Below are positions 19,399 to 27,789 of a stretch of 64,000 bases of DNA, one piece after another. Position 1 is the first letter of the stretch. Every line of letters starts with the position of its first letter. Under the pieces are notes generated by a model, which worked only from the letters and a program-made list of their open reading frames with translations, had not been told where the DNA came from and did no database searches. The DNA is from Candidatus Actinomarina sp. (lineage in GTDB: Bacteria > Actinomycetota > Acidimicrobiia > Actinomarinales > Actinomarinaceae), in the NCBI GenBank assembly GCA_038147085.1, contig JAYQSV010000001.1, positions 67,447 to 131,446 of the forward strand, in the 5' to 3' direction. The position numbers and the translations under genes were made by a program.

Positions 19399-19683
19399 AT
19401 GCAGCTTCTCAGAAAGCTCTCAGCATTGTTAGTGTACATTGACAGTATGAAAAACTTAATACTACAAAACACAGAAACACTTTTCCACAGGGCTGGTAGA
19501 GGTGGCATGATGGGTCCTAAAGGAATGATGGGAGAGGGATCTGAAATGTTCATGGGAGGCATGATTGTTGCTGCCATTATTGCAACACTCGTTATAGTCT
19601 TGTTAGTTCTTGGAATAGTTAAATTAACTCAATCAATAAGGTCTTCTAGAAAGACTAAAAGCACTATAGAGGAAGAGGAATAA
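19399..19683 (+). CDS. Small Met/Gly-rich single-pass membrane protein (start uncertain; alternative ATG at 19447)
   Basis: GRGGMMGPKGMMGEGSEMFMGGM followed by one TM helix and a charged tail. Divergent from the TCS, and its stop overlaps the next gene start (TAATG). Confidence 0.5.
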   Translation: MQLLRKLSALLVYIDSMKNLILQNTETLFHRAGRGGMMGPKGMMGEGSEMFMGGMIVAAIIATLVIVLLVLGIVKLTQSIRSSRKTKSTIEEEE

Positions 19684-20351
19684 TGAAAAAATCACTATTA
19701 ATTGGATTAGCAGTGTTAGTTTTAGCAGCAATCACTGGTGGTGTAGTTTATGCAAGTGAACTAGATCAAATTGCAGACAACGTTGAGTCCAATCTTGAAT
19801 CCAGCTTTGATAGCGTAGAATCTACATTTGATAATATTGAATCAAAGTTTGATGATGATAACGATAATGATGATTATGAGCACGAAGCAATGCATGAAGC
19901 TAAATCAACAATTCTTGAAGATGGACAAATTACTCAAGAAGAAATTGATGCTTTAGAAGATTCAAACTTTAAAACACACCTACAAGAAGAATTTGTAACA
20001 GAATTAGAAGACGGTGTTGTTACAGCTGAAGAACTTCAAGCTCATAAAGAAGCTGAAAAGGCAGAACACCAAGCAATGCATGAAGCTAAATCAACAATTC
20101 TTGAAGATGGACAAATTACTCAAGAAGAAATTGATGCTTTAGAAGATTCAAACTTTAAAACACACCTACAAGAAGAATTTGTAACAGAATTAGAAGACGG
20201 TGTTGTTACAGCTGAAGAACTTCAAGCTCATAGAGTTGCAAAACATGATGAAAATGGTGAAGGTCACAAAAGCCACGGTTTTGGTAAAAAGGGACGTGGT
20301 CACAATAAAGGCAGTCACTCACATAACGAATTAGACGGAGATGATCTTTAA
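19683..20351 (+). CDS. Secreted acidic protein with a duplicated 54-aa module and a His-rich C-terminus
   Basis: Signal/TM LLIGLAVLVLAAITGGVVYA. Two identical modules AMHEAKSTILEDGQITQEEIDALEDSNFKTHLQEEFVTELEDGVVTAEELQAH. The tail is HDENGEGHKSHGFGKKGRGHNKGSHSH. Confidence 0.6.
   Translation: MKKSLLIGLAVLVLAAITGGVVYASELDQIADNVESNLESSFDSVESTFDNIESKFDDDNDNDDYEHEAMHEAKSTILEDGQITQEEIDALEDSNFKTHLQEEFVTELEDGVVTAEELQAHKEAEKAEHQAMHEAKSTILEDGQITQEEIDALEDSNFKTHLQEEFVTELEDGVVTAEELQAHRVAKHDENGEGHKSHGFGKKGRGHNKGSHSHNELDGDDL
19885..20232 (+). repeat. Perfect 162-bp direct duplication (19885-20046 and 20071-20232), period 186 bp
   Basis: The two copies were compared base by base and are identical. Both are in frame within the 19683..20351 CDS. 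Confidence 0.95.
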
Positions 20352-20356
20352 ACCCC

Positions 20357-21016
20357 TTGATCAAAACTCCATTAATAACAGGGCCTTCTATGATGAAGGC
20401 CCTTGTATTATCATACTTAAAGAAAGTTGATGTGAAATTCAATAACTATACAAACGTTTTTTTTATTACAGTTCTTTTGTTTTCAGCCTGTTCGTCTAGT
20501 GAATCACAGGGAGTTGTAACATTACAAAACCAAGAAACTACAACTGAAAGCACTGTTTTAGAAGATATTTCTCCAGAAGATGCACAGTTAATTATTGCTG
20601 AATGTTTACGTGAAAAAGGTTATGACATCCAAGACCCTTCAAGAGAAGAAGGATTTAGACAGCAAATGGGTCCTGAAAACGAAGGTGATAGACAACAAAT
20701 GTTTGAAGAAATTAGAGCATGCGCAGAAGAAAATAATTTACCACTTTTTTCTGAGACTCAATTTGAAGATCCAGCTGTTGTAGCAGCAAGGTTAGATGAT
20801 GAGCTCAAAATGGCGCAATGCTTAAGAGAAAATGGTTACGAAGTTCAAGATCCCAATACAGAAACGGGATTGAGAGAAATTATAAGATCACTTTCTCAAA
20901 CAGCAAATGTAGATATGCAAGAAGTAAGAACTACAGTTGAGAATTGCTTTGACGAACTAGGTTTAGAAAGACCTGAAGGACCGGGTGGTGGGCCAGGAAT
21001 GGGTCCAAGAGGTTAA
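20357..21016 (+). CDS. Lipoprotein with a duplicated C-x-R-E-x-G-x-D/E-x-x-D-P Cys motif (true start probably downstream, around 20390)
   Basis: Lipobox LLFSACSS. Carries AECLREKGYDIQDP...IRACAEEN and AQCLRENGYEVQDP...VENCFDEL. The tail is Gly/Pro-rich. Confidence 0.6.
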   Translation: MIKTPLITGPSMMKALVLSYLKKVDVKFNNYTNVFFITVLLFSACSSSESQGVVTLQNQETTTESTVLEDISPEDAQLIIAECLREKGYDIQDPSREEGFRQQMGPENEGDRQQMFEEIRACAEENNLPLFSETQFEDPAVVAARLDDELKMAQCLRENGYEVQDPNTETGLREIIRSLSQTANVDMQEVRTTVENCFDELGLERPEGPGGGPGMGPRG

Positions 21017-21055
21017 TTTTGATAACTTTTATAATTAAATTTGTAAATTGGGATT

Positions 21056-22627
21056 ATGCTTAATAAAAAATTTCTAACAATAATTATTTTGATAGCTGTA
21101 GCTACTTATGGTGGCTACTATTTTGGTTTTCAAAACTCTACCTCATCAAAAACAAGCAAGACACTTGAGCTAACAACTGTAGCAATTAAGAGAGGAGATT
21201 TAGAAACAAAAGAAGATTATAACGGAACGTTAAGAAAGACAGATAAATCTATACTCAAATCTACAATTTCTGGAGTTGTTACTTATTTACCAAATGAAGG
21301 CAGTGTTATAACATTTGGAGGAGTTTTGTATTCAGTCGATAACAAACCAGTTATTTTGTTACAAGGAAGCACACCTTTTTATAGAACATTAGACCTTACT
21401 TCAGATTCTGGTCCTGATGTTTTACAACTTGAAGAGGCTCTAGTTTATTTAGGTTATGCAAGTCCAGACTTCACTCCTGACAGTAATTTTGATGAAGCAA
21501 CATCCTCAATGTTAAATGCACTTTATAAAGACTATGGAATTGATACAAAATCTGAAATAACTTCAGAAGAGCAAGTAGAAATTAATAAAAAGAAAGACGC
21601 AGTTACTACTATTGAAGACACCATATCAGCAGGCGGTACAAGTTTATTAGAAGTTAACGACAAAAAGAAGAAATTAGATGACACAATTGAAAGCGCTCAA
21701 GATGAAAATGCAGCTTGGCAAGCAGCAACAAAGTTAATTGATGAATATTTAAACCAAATTACAATTTTAAAAGATTTAACAAATCCAAAAACAATTCAAA
21801 AATCCGAAGAAACTCGAAAAGATGAAATTAAAAGCTACGAAGACAAAATTGAAGAACAGAAAAGATTACGCGAACTAGAAGAAGGCAAAGGTTCGGTCAT
21901 AGATGCTAGTGAGGCTTTAGCAATTGATTTAGCTCAAAAAGCGTATGATGATGCCGTTAAAGAATATAACGAAGGTATCGATAAGTCAGCAGAGTTAGAA
22001 CAAGCAAAAAAAGAACTTAATGACTTAGAACTTGCTGCAAAATCAGAAACATTTAGTCCTACTAATGCATTTGCATCTGAAACAGCAATAATTGTTGGCT
22101 CTCACATTAGCGATAAAGGTTCTGTTACAAGCAATAATGCACAACTTTATAACATTTCTACAACAGGATTAGAAGTTGTTTTTAGTATTGAAGCTGCTGA
22201 TCAAGATATAGTTAATATTGGAGATTCTGTTGAAGTAGAATTGCCTAACGGAGATACAATCCTCACAACAATATCATTTATAGACCAAGTAGTTACACAG
22301 TCTCAATCTGGAGATTTTGTAGAAGTAATTTTAGCTATAAGCAATCCAGATGAATTAAATATTTTTGACGAAGCACCTGTCGACGTATTTATTACAACAG
22401 AGGTGTCAAAAGACATTCTATATGTTCCTGTAAATGCTTTACTTGCACTAGCTGAAGGTGGCTATGCGTTAGAAATTTACGAAGGAAATAATGGGGATGA
22501 TTTATCTTCTATCAAATCTGGTCAGGATACAACTTACGTCGGTGTTGAAATAGGTGTATTTACAGATGGATATGTTGAAGTAAAAGGAAACATTTCAGAA
22601 GGCCAATTAGTAATTGTTCCAAGATGA
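21056..22627 (+). CDS. Membrane-anchored efflux adaptor (HlyD/MacA-like) with a peptidoglycan-binding domain
   Basis: 523 aa with an N-terminal TM helix. PG_binding_1-like GPDVLQLEEALVYLGYASPDF...ATSSMLNALYKDYGI, a long coiled-coil, and a C-terminal beta-barrel region. Its stop overlaps the ABC ATPase start. Confidence 0.7.
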   Translation: MLNKKFLTIIILIAVATYGGYYFGFQNSTSSKTSKTLELTTVAIKRGDLETKEDYNGTLRKTDKSILKSTISGVVTYLPNEGSVITFGGVLYSVDNKPVILLQGSTPFYRTLDLTSDSGPDVLQLEEALVYLGYASPDFTPDSNFDEATSSMLNALYKDYGIDTKSEITSEEQVEINKKKDAVTTIEDTISAGGTSLLEVNDKKKKLDDTIESAQDENAAWQAATKLIDEYLNQITILKDLTNPKTIQKSEETRKDEIKSYEDKIEEQKRLRELEEGKGSVIDASEALAIDLAQKAYDDAVKEYNEGIDKSAELEQAKKELNDLELAAKSETFSPTNAFASETAIIVGSHISDKGSVTSNNAQLYNISTTGLEVVFSIEAADQDIVNIGDSVEVELPNGDTILTTISFIDQVVTQSQSGDFVEVILAISNPDELNIFDEAPVDVFITTEVSKDILYVPVNALLALAEGGYALEIYEGNNGDDLSSIKSGQDTTYVGVEIGVFTDGYVEVKGNISEGQLVIVPR

Positions 22628-23313
22628 GTTCAAATATTAACTCTGTAATTTCTTTAAAAAACATTAGTAAGACTTATGACGGACCACCACCAGTAAAAGC
22701 TTTAGATGATATTTCAATTGATATTAATGAAGGTGAATTTGTTTCTATTGTTGGTCAATCAGGAAGCGGTAAATCAACATTATTAAACATGATTGGTTTA
22801 TTAGATAATGCCTCAGAGGGAACTATTGAAATAGAAGGTAAAAATATTTCTGATTTTTCTGATGACGAATTATCAAAGTTTAGGGGTGAAAAAATTGGAT
22901 TTATTTTTCAAAGCTTTTTTCTTTTACCAGGTTTAACTGCTCAAGAAAATGTTGCAGAAGGGTTACTTTATCAAGGAGTAAAACGTGAAGAAAGATTAAA
23001 AAAGGCAAAAGAAGCATTAGAACAAGTAGGTTTAGGACATAGACTTACTCATTTACCGAAAGAGTTATCAGGTGGTGAGCAGCAGAGAGTTGCGATAGCT
23101 AGAGCATTAGTTGAAGACCCAGCTTTTGTATTAGCAGATGAACCAACTGGAAATCTTGATAAAGAATCTGGATTAAAAATACTTAATATATTGAAAGAGC
23201 TCAATGATATTGGAAAAACAGTAATAATGATTACCCATAATCAAGAGCATGCAAAAATGTTCAAAAAGAAAATAGAACTTGTAGATGGAAAAATCGCTAA
23301 ATATGAAAGTTAA
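22624..23313 (+). CDS. ABC transporter ATP-binding protein (MacB/LolD-type)
   Basis: Walker A GQSGSGKST, signature LSGGEQQRVAIARAL, Walker B VLADEPTGNLD. Confidence 0.9.
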   Translation: MSSNINSVISLKNISKTYDGPPPVKALDDISIDINEGEFVSIVGQSGSGKSTLLNMIGLLDNASEGTIEIEGKNISDFSDDELSKFRGEKIGFIFQSFFLLPGLTAQENVAEGLLYQGVKREERLKKAKEALEQVGLGHRLTHLPKELSGGEQQRVAIARALVEDPAFVLADEPTGNLDKESGLKILNILKELNDIGKTVIMITHNQEHAKMFKKKIELVDGKIAKYES

Positions 23314-24487
23314 TAAATTAAAAACTAGAGATTTATTTTTTGTAGCTTTGTATGGAGTTAAAGCAAGAAGAGGTAGGGCTGCGATGACATCTATAGGAAT
23401 TGGAATAGGAATAGCTGCTATTGTTGCTGTTACGGGTATATCCTCTTCAGGGAAAGCTGATTTATTAGCAACTCTTGAATCATTCGGAACTAATTTAATT
23501 AAAGCTTCACCACAAGCTGGTTTTTTTGGTAGTCAGGAAAGCTTACCAGATGGCGTTGTTGGAATGGTTGAGAGAATAGGTCCTGTTGAAGAGGTTACCT
23601 CAACTTCTAGAGCAAACTTGCTTGTAAGACGAACAAATTTCATTTCGGAATATGAAGGTGGTGGAATCTCTACTGTTGTAACTAGTACCGAACTTCTTGA
23701 TGTAATTGGTGGGAACCTTTCAGAAGGTAGGTTTATTGAAGGAGATTTATCAGATGTACCTGTAACAGTTTTAGGTTCAGTTTCTGCTGAAAGACTTGGT
23801 ATTAACTCAATATATCCACCAGTAAAAATATTGATTGATGACCAGTGGTTTGGAGTAATAGGGATTCTAGAAGAACTAACTATTCATCCTGATTTAGACA
23901 GGTCTGTTTTTATCGGATACGGTGTTGCAAAAACATTGTTTGATATTGATTCTGAACCAACTACCTTGTATCTCAGAGCTAATCCTGATTATGTTGAAGA
24001 TGTTGTAGATGTTTTAGCACCTTCAATGAACCCTGAAAATCCAGATCAAGTTGAAGTTAGTAGACCATCGGACGCATTAGAAGCCCAGCAAGCAGCTGAA
24101 GCAGCTTTTACTAATTTATTATTAGGACTTGGTTCAGTAGCTCTATTAGTTGGAGGAGTTGCCATTGCTAATGTTATGGTTATGTCAGTACTTGAAAGAA
24201 GGATGGAAATTGGCGTTAGGCGTTCACTTGGGGCAACAAGAAAAGAAATCAGATCTCAGTTTTTGCTAGAAAGTACAATTTTATCTGGTCTTGGTGGAAT
24301 AGTTGGAGTTTTGCTTGGGGTTGGTATCACTTTCGGGTATACGAATTACACTAATATTGTGTTTTCTATCCCATTTTGGCAAATATTTGGTGCAGTTGTT
24401 TTAGCTTTAGTTATTGGTGCAATTTCAGGAATGTATCCAGCTATAAAAGCCTCGAAAATACAACCTGCTGAGGCTGTGAGAACATGA
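23285..24487 (+). CDS. ABC transporter permease, FtsX/MacB-type (alternative ATG at 23303)
   Basis: 400 aa with an N-terminal TM helix, a large extracytoplasmic domain and three C-terminal TM helices. Contains the FtsX-family motif region ERRMEIGVRRSLGATRKEI. Confidence 0.85.
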   Translation: MEKSLNMKVNKLKTRDLFFVALYGVKARRGRAAMTSIGIGIGIAAIVAVTGISSSGKADLLATLESFGTNLIKASPQAGFFGSQESLPDGVVGMVERIGPVEEVTSTSRANLLVRRTNFISEYEGGGISTVVTSTELLDVIGGNLSEGRFIEGDLSDVPVTVLGSVSAERLGINSIYPPVKILIDDQWFGVIGILEELTIHPDLDRSVFIGYGVAKTLFDIDSEPTTLYLRANPDYVEDVVDVLAPSMNPENPDQVEVSRPSDALEAQQAAEAAFTNLLLGLGSVALLVGGVAIANVMVMSVLERRMEIGVRRSLGATRKEIRSQFLLESTILSGLGGIVGVLLGVGITFGYTNYTNIVFSIPFWQIFGAVVLALVIGAISGMYPAIKASKIQPAEAVRT

Positions 24488-25011
24488 GGTATACATTATG
24501 TATTTTGTTAATAAGTGCTTGCACTATAGGTGGTGAAGAAACACAAGCTGTTGCAACTTTAGATACCTCACCACAAAATGAAATATTAGCCGAAGAAGTT
24601 AGTTTTGAAGAAGGCGTTTTATCTTTTGCACAGTGCATGAGAGAAGAAGGGATTGATTTTCCAGACCCAACATTTGATGCTGATGGAAATCCAAACTTTC
24701 AAGAATTTGACTTAGCATCTGAGAATCAAGAAAAATTTGAAGCAGCCTTTACAAATTGCGAAGACATTTTAAGAAATGCATTGCCAGATGAGTTTGATTT
24801 AGATCCTGAAGTAGAAGCAGCGCTTATAGATGCTTCATTAGAATTTTCACAATGCATGCGAGATCAGGGAATTGATTTTCCAGATCCAGTTCCAGGAGAG
24901 TTTGGTTTTTTTGCATTTAGAGATGCAAACGTCGATTTTAACTCTCAAGAAGTTCAAGATGCATTTGAAATCTGTCAACCTGACAACCCGCTTGAAAATT
25001 TAGACGACTAA
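24484..25011 (+). CDS. Lipoprotein, paralog of 20357..21016 (duplicated Cys motif)
   Basis: Lipobox LLISACT. Carries AQCMREEGIDFPDP...FTNCEDIL and SQCMRDQGIDFPDP...FEICQPDN. Its start overlaps the permease stop (ATGA). Confidence 0.6.
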   Translation: MRYTLCILLISACTIGGEETQAVATLDTSPQNEILAEEVSFEEGVLSFAQCMREEGIDFPDPTFDADGNPNFQEFDLASENQEKFEAAFTNCEDILRNALPDEFDLDPEVEAALIDASLEFSQCMRDQGIDFPDPVPGEFGFFAFRDANVDFNSQEVQDAFEICQPDNPLENLDD

Positions 25012-25229
25012 ATTCCAGAACCTAAAAATTGTGGTTCGCTAACACCTATAGTTCTCCAGCACGGTTTGTTATTGCATAAAGTTTTTTCAAATACCCAAGT
25101 TAAAACTAAATATGAATTATTTTGATTAATAAAATTTACTTCATAATGTATGTTTTCATCACTTTCGAAAATCACTTTGTATGAATAATCTTTTAAATCA
25201 ATAATTTCATATGGTTCAGAATGGATCAA
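25008..25229 (-). CDS. Hypothetical protein (TTG start, weak call)
   Basis: 73-aa ORF only. No recognisable motif and no clear RBS. Confidence 0.3.
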   Translation of the reverse strand: MIHSEPYEIIDLKDYSYKVIFESDENIHYEVNFINQNNSYLVLTWVFEKTLCNNKPCWRTIGVSEPQFLGSGI

Positions 25230-25873
25230 AAATCTTTCTTTAGAGAATCTTGATTATGAACAAAAGCCTTATTTAATCTCCAACATTCATCTGGATTCTT
25301 GAAAAAGATAATTAAAGATTAAAAATCTTCTAATGAAAAAAGGAGATTTTGTTTGTGAGAAGCATTTACTTTGAAGATTACTTGCAGGATATTTAAGAAA
25401 AAAGCTTTTTGCCATTTCCAAGAGAATTAAATAAACAGTGCAATCACTAGGAAGCCAAAAAAGAACGTTTTTCAATTTTATTCACAAGCAAATCTTAGGA
25501 TTTATTGATAAATCTAATAATTATTTATTAGCTTTTTCGTTGATTGTATAAAATTAAAGAGCCCAAAGCAATAAATTGCTAAATGTGAATCCTCTAAAAA
25601 TATAAATTAACAAAACAATTACTGAAACCATGTACACAAACCAAGTTTTGACATAATTATCCTTTCTAGAATATTATAGACTATTTAAAATGGTAAAATT
25701 TATATGTGTTAGAGACAATATTTGACAATCCCTTTTTAATCATTTTGTTATTTCCTGTAGCAACGCTTACCATTTTTGTTATTGGGCTAGTAAGAATAGA
25801 TATTAAAGATTTGAGCGAAAAGAAAAAATCCTAATTTTTAAATCTGTCTCTACAAAAAGCTAAGTTATATTTT

Positions 25874-26374
25874 ATGGATAAAGAAACTCTTTCCAAATTA
25901 GATGAAAAATCATTATTTGAGTTACAAAATACTATTTCTGAAGTTATAAAAGCTAAAAATCTGGAAAATGGTGATATTGAAACAATAATTGATGAAGCTT
26001 TTAATATAGCTTTTCCAAAATTTGATGGTGTCGGACTTAATCCATGGTTAGAAGGTTCTTTACTTATTTGTCCTGGAGCTAGAATCGATAAATCGCAAGT
26101 TAAACATAATTGTAAATTTGTAGTTGTTGGTGATGACTGGTCTTGGGAATCATCAAATATGATAAGCGATGTAATTAGAAGAGATCAATCATCAAAAAAA
26201 TTTAAACAGCACTCTATTACATTAATCTCTCCTTATGAGGGTATGAAAATAGAAGTAATTTCACAAAAATCTCAAAACGGTAAACATCTAGTAGAAAATA
26301 TTGAATCGTATATTTTTTCCAACGGCAAATTAGAGAAAACTATGACTAAATCGTCACGATCAAGAGATCATTAA
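25874..26374 (+). CDS. Hypothetical protein
   Basis: 166-aa ORF with an ATG start and no antisense competitor. I do not recognise a family. Confidence 0.5.
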   Translation: MDKETLSKLDEKSLFELQNTISEVIKAKNLENGDIETIIDEAFNIAFPKFDGVGLNPWLEGSLLICPGARIDKSQVKHNCKFVVVGDDWSWESSNMISDVIRRDQSSKKFKQHSITLISPYEGMKIEVISQKSQNGKHLVENIESYIFSNGKLEKTMTKSSRSRDH

Positions 26375-27741
26375 ATAAGAATTAAAGCAATAGTCAAAAA
26401 TCCAGCAAAACCAGCAATATCGGTAATTAATGTTAAGAATATATTTGATGCTAATGCTGGATCTAATCCAAGTTTTCTAAGTAGTAAAGGTATTGATGAA
26501 CCAAAAAGGTTTCCGATTAAAATATTTGCAAAAATTGAAATACTAAGTGCTGCAGCATAGTTTGATAAGCCAATAATACTTAAAACTAAAAATGACATTG
26601 TTCCAATTAAGAGACCGTTGAACATACCAATAGTTGACTGTTTTCTAATGACATCAAAAACCCTTGCTTCAGATACATCATTTCTAGCTAGAGCTCTAAT
26701 AACTATTGCTAAAGATTGCGAACCAGAGTTACCTCCAACTAAAGCTACTATAGGCATCAATGCAGCAAGTCTTGCATCGTTTGCAATAGTTGATTCAAAT
26801 TGAGAAATTAAAAATGAAACAATAAATGCAAGGCCCATATTTATAGCAATCCAAGGAACTCTTAACTTTATTGATTTTTGTACCGGAGTAAAGATTGTTT
26901 CTTCAGCACCAGCACCAAAAGATTGAGAAAAGTCTTCTGCAATTTCATGTTGTAAAACATCTAAAGCAGAACTAATTGTTGCCTGTCCAATTAACTTATT
27001 TTCTTCGTCGACAACTGGCAATGCTAAGAGTTCATATTGTTTAATTAAAGACGCGGCCACTTCTTGATCATCAGTTGGTTTAATTGATATTGGGTTTGTT
27101 ATCATTACTTTTTCAACCAATTCATTATCTTGTGCAAACACCATTTCTCTAAAAGAAACAACACCTTCCAAAATATTTTCAGAATTGATAATGTAAACAT
27201 AAAAAAAGTTTTCAATATTTTTATGGAGTTCCTTAAGTTCTTTCAAAGCTTTTTTTACAGATAGTCCAGTTTTAATAGTTGGAACTTCTTCTGACATAAG
27301 TCTCCCAACAGAATCTTTTGGCCAAGATAATCTTTTATTTATATCTTTTTGTGTTTCTTTATCTAATAGACTGAGTAATTCTTCTGCTTCATCATGAGTA
27401 CTTTTTTCAAACACATAAACTACATCTTCAACAACCATTTCTTTAAAAAGTGATTCGACATGGTCTGACTCTAAAATTTTTGATATTTCAATAATTGCTC
27501 TTGGTCTTAAATATTCAAATACACCAACTGCATGTTGTTTTTTAAGGTTTTTCAACAATTCACCAGCTTCCTCTGGTTCAAACTCTTCTAATACGTCTGC
27601 ACAGTCAAAAGGATCTTCAATTGCTAATTTGTTCCAAGTTTTTGTATTATCTAATAAAAACTGAAAAGCAATTTCGGGTTCAGTCCTAGAAAGCTCACGG
27701 AGTTCCTTACCTGTTATAGTGTTGATATTTAACTCGTCCAT
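26371..27741 (-). CDS. mgtE: Magnesium transporter MgtE
   Basis: 456 aa with an N-terminal MgtE_N domain, tandem CBS domains and a C-terminal 5-TM domain containing GNSGSQS and DIAGFAGFL-type motifs. Confidence 0.9.
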   Translation of the reverse strand: MDELNINTITGKELRELSRTEPEIAFQFLLDNTKTWNKLAIEDPFDCADVLEEFEPEEAGELLKNLKKQHAVGVFEYLRPRAIIEISKILESDHVESLFKEMVVEDVVYVFEKSTHDEAEELLSLLDKETQKDINKRLSWPKDSVGRLMSEEVPTIKTGLSVKKALKELKELHKNIENFFYVYIINSENILEGVVSFREMVFAQDNELVEKVMITNPISIKPTDDQEVAASLIKQYELLALPVVDEENKLIGQATISSALDVLQHEIAEDFSQSFGAGAEETIFTPVQKSIKLRVPWIAINMGLAFIVSFLISQFESTIANDARLAALMPIVALVGGNSGSQSLAIVIRALARNDVSEARVFDVIRKQSTIGMFNGLLIGTMSFLVLSIIGLSNYAAALSISIFANILIGNLFGSSIPLLLRKLGLDPALASNIFLTLITDIAGFAGFLTIALILI

Positions 27742-27789
27742 AGTTCACCCTTGTTTACTTTACTAAAGTTACTTTTTGAAGAAAAGAAA

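Noticed and set aside
25287-25475. 62-aa minus-strand ORF in the low-coding region
   Set aside because: The translation is Phe/Leu-rich and low-complexity with no recognisable motif or RBS. It was not called as a gene, though the region is flagged as a finding.
27742-27789. ACTTTA-C-TAAAGT palindrome upstream of mgtE as a possible Mg-sensing leader
   Set aside because: The leader is only 48 nt, far too short for an M-box riboswitch. A 6-bp arm with a 1-nt centre cannot form an RNA hairpin. Evidence is insufficient to call a regulatory site.
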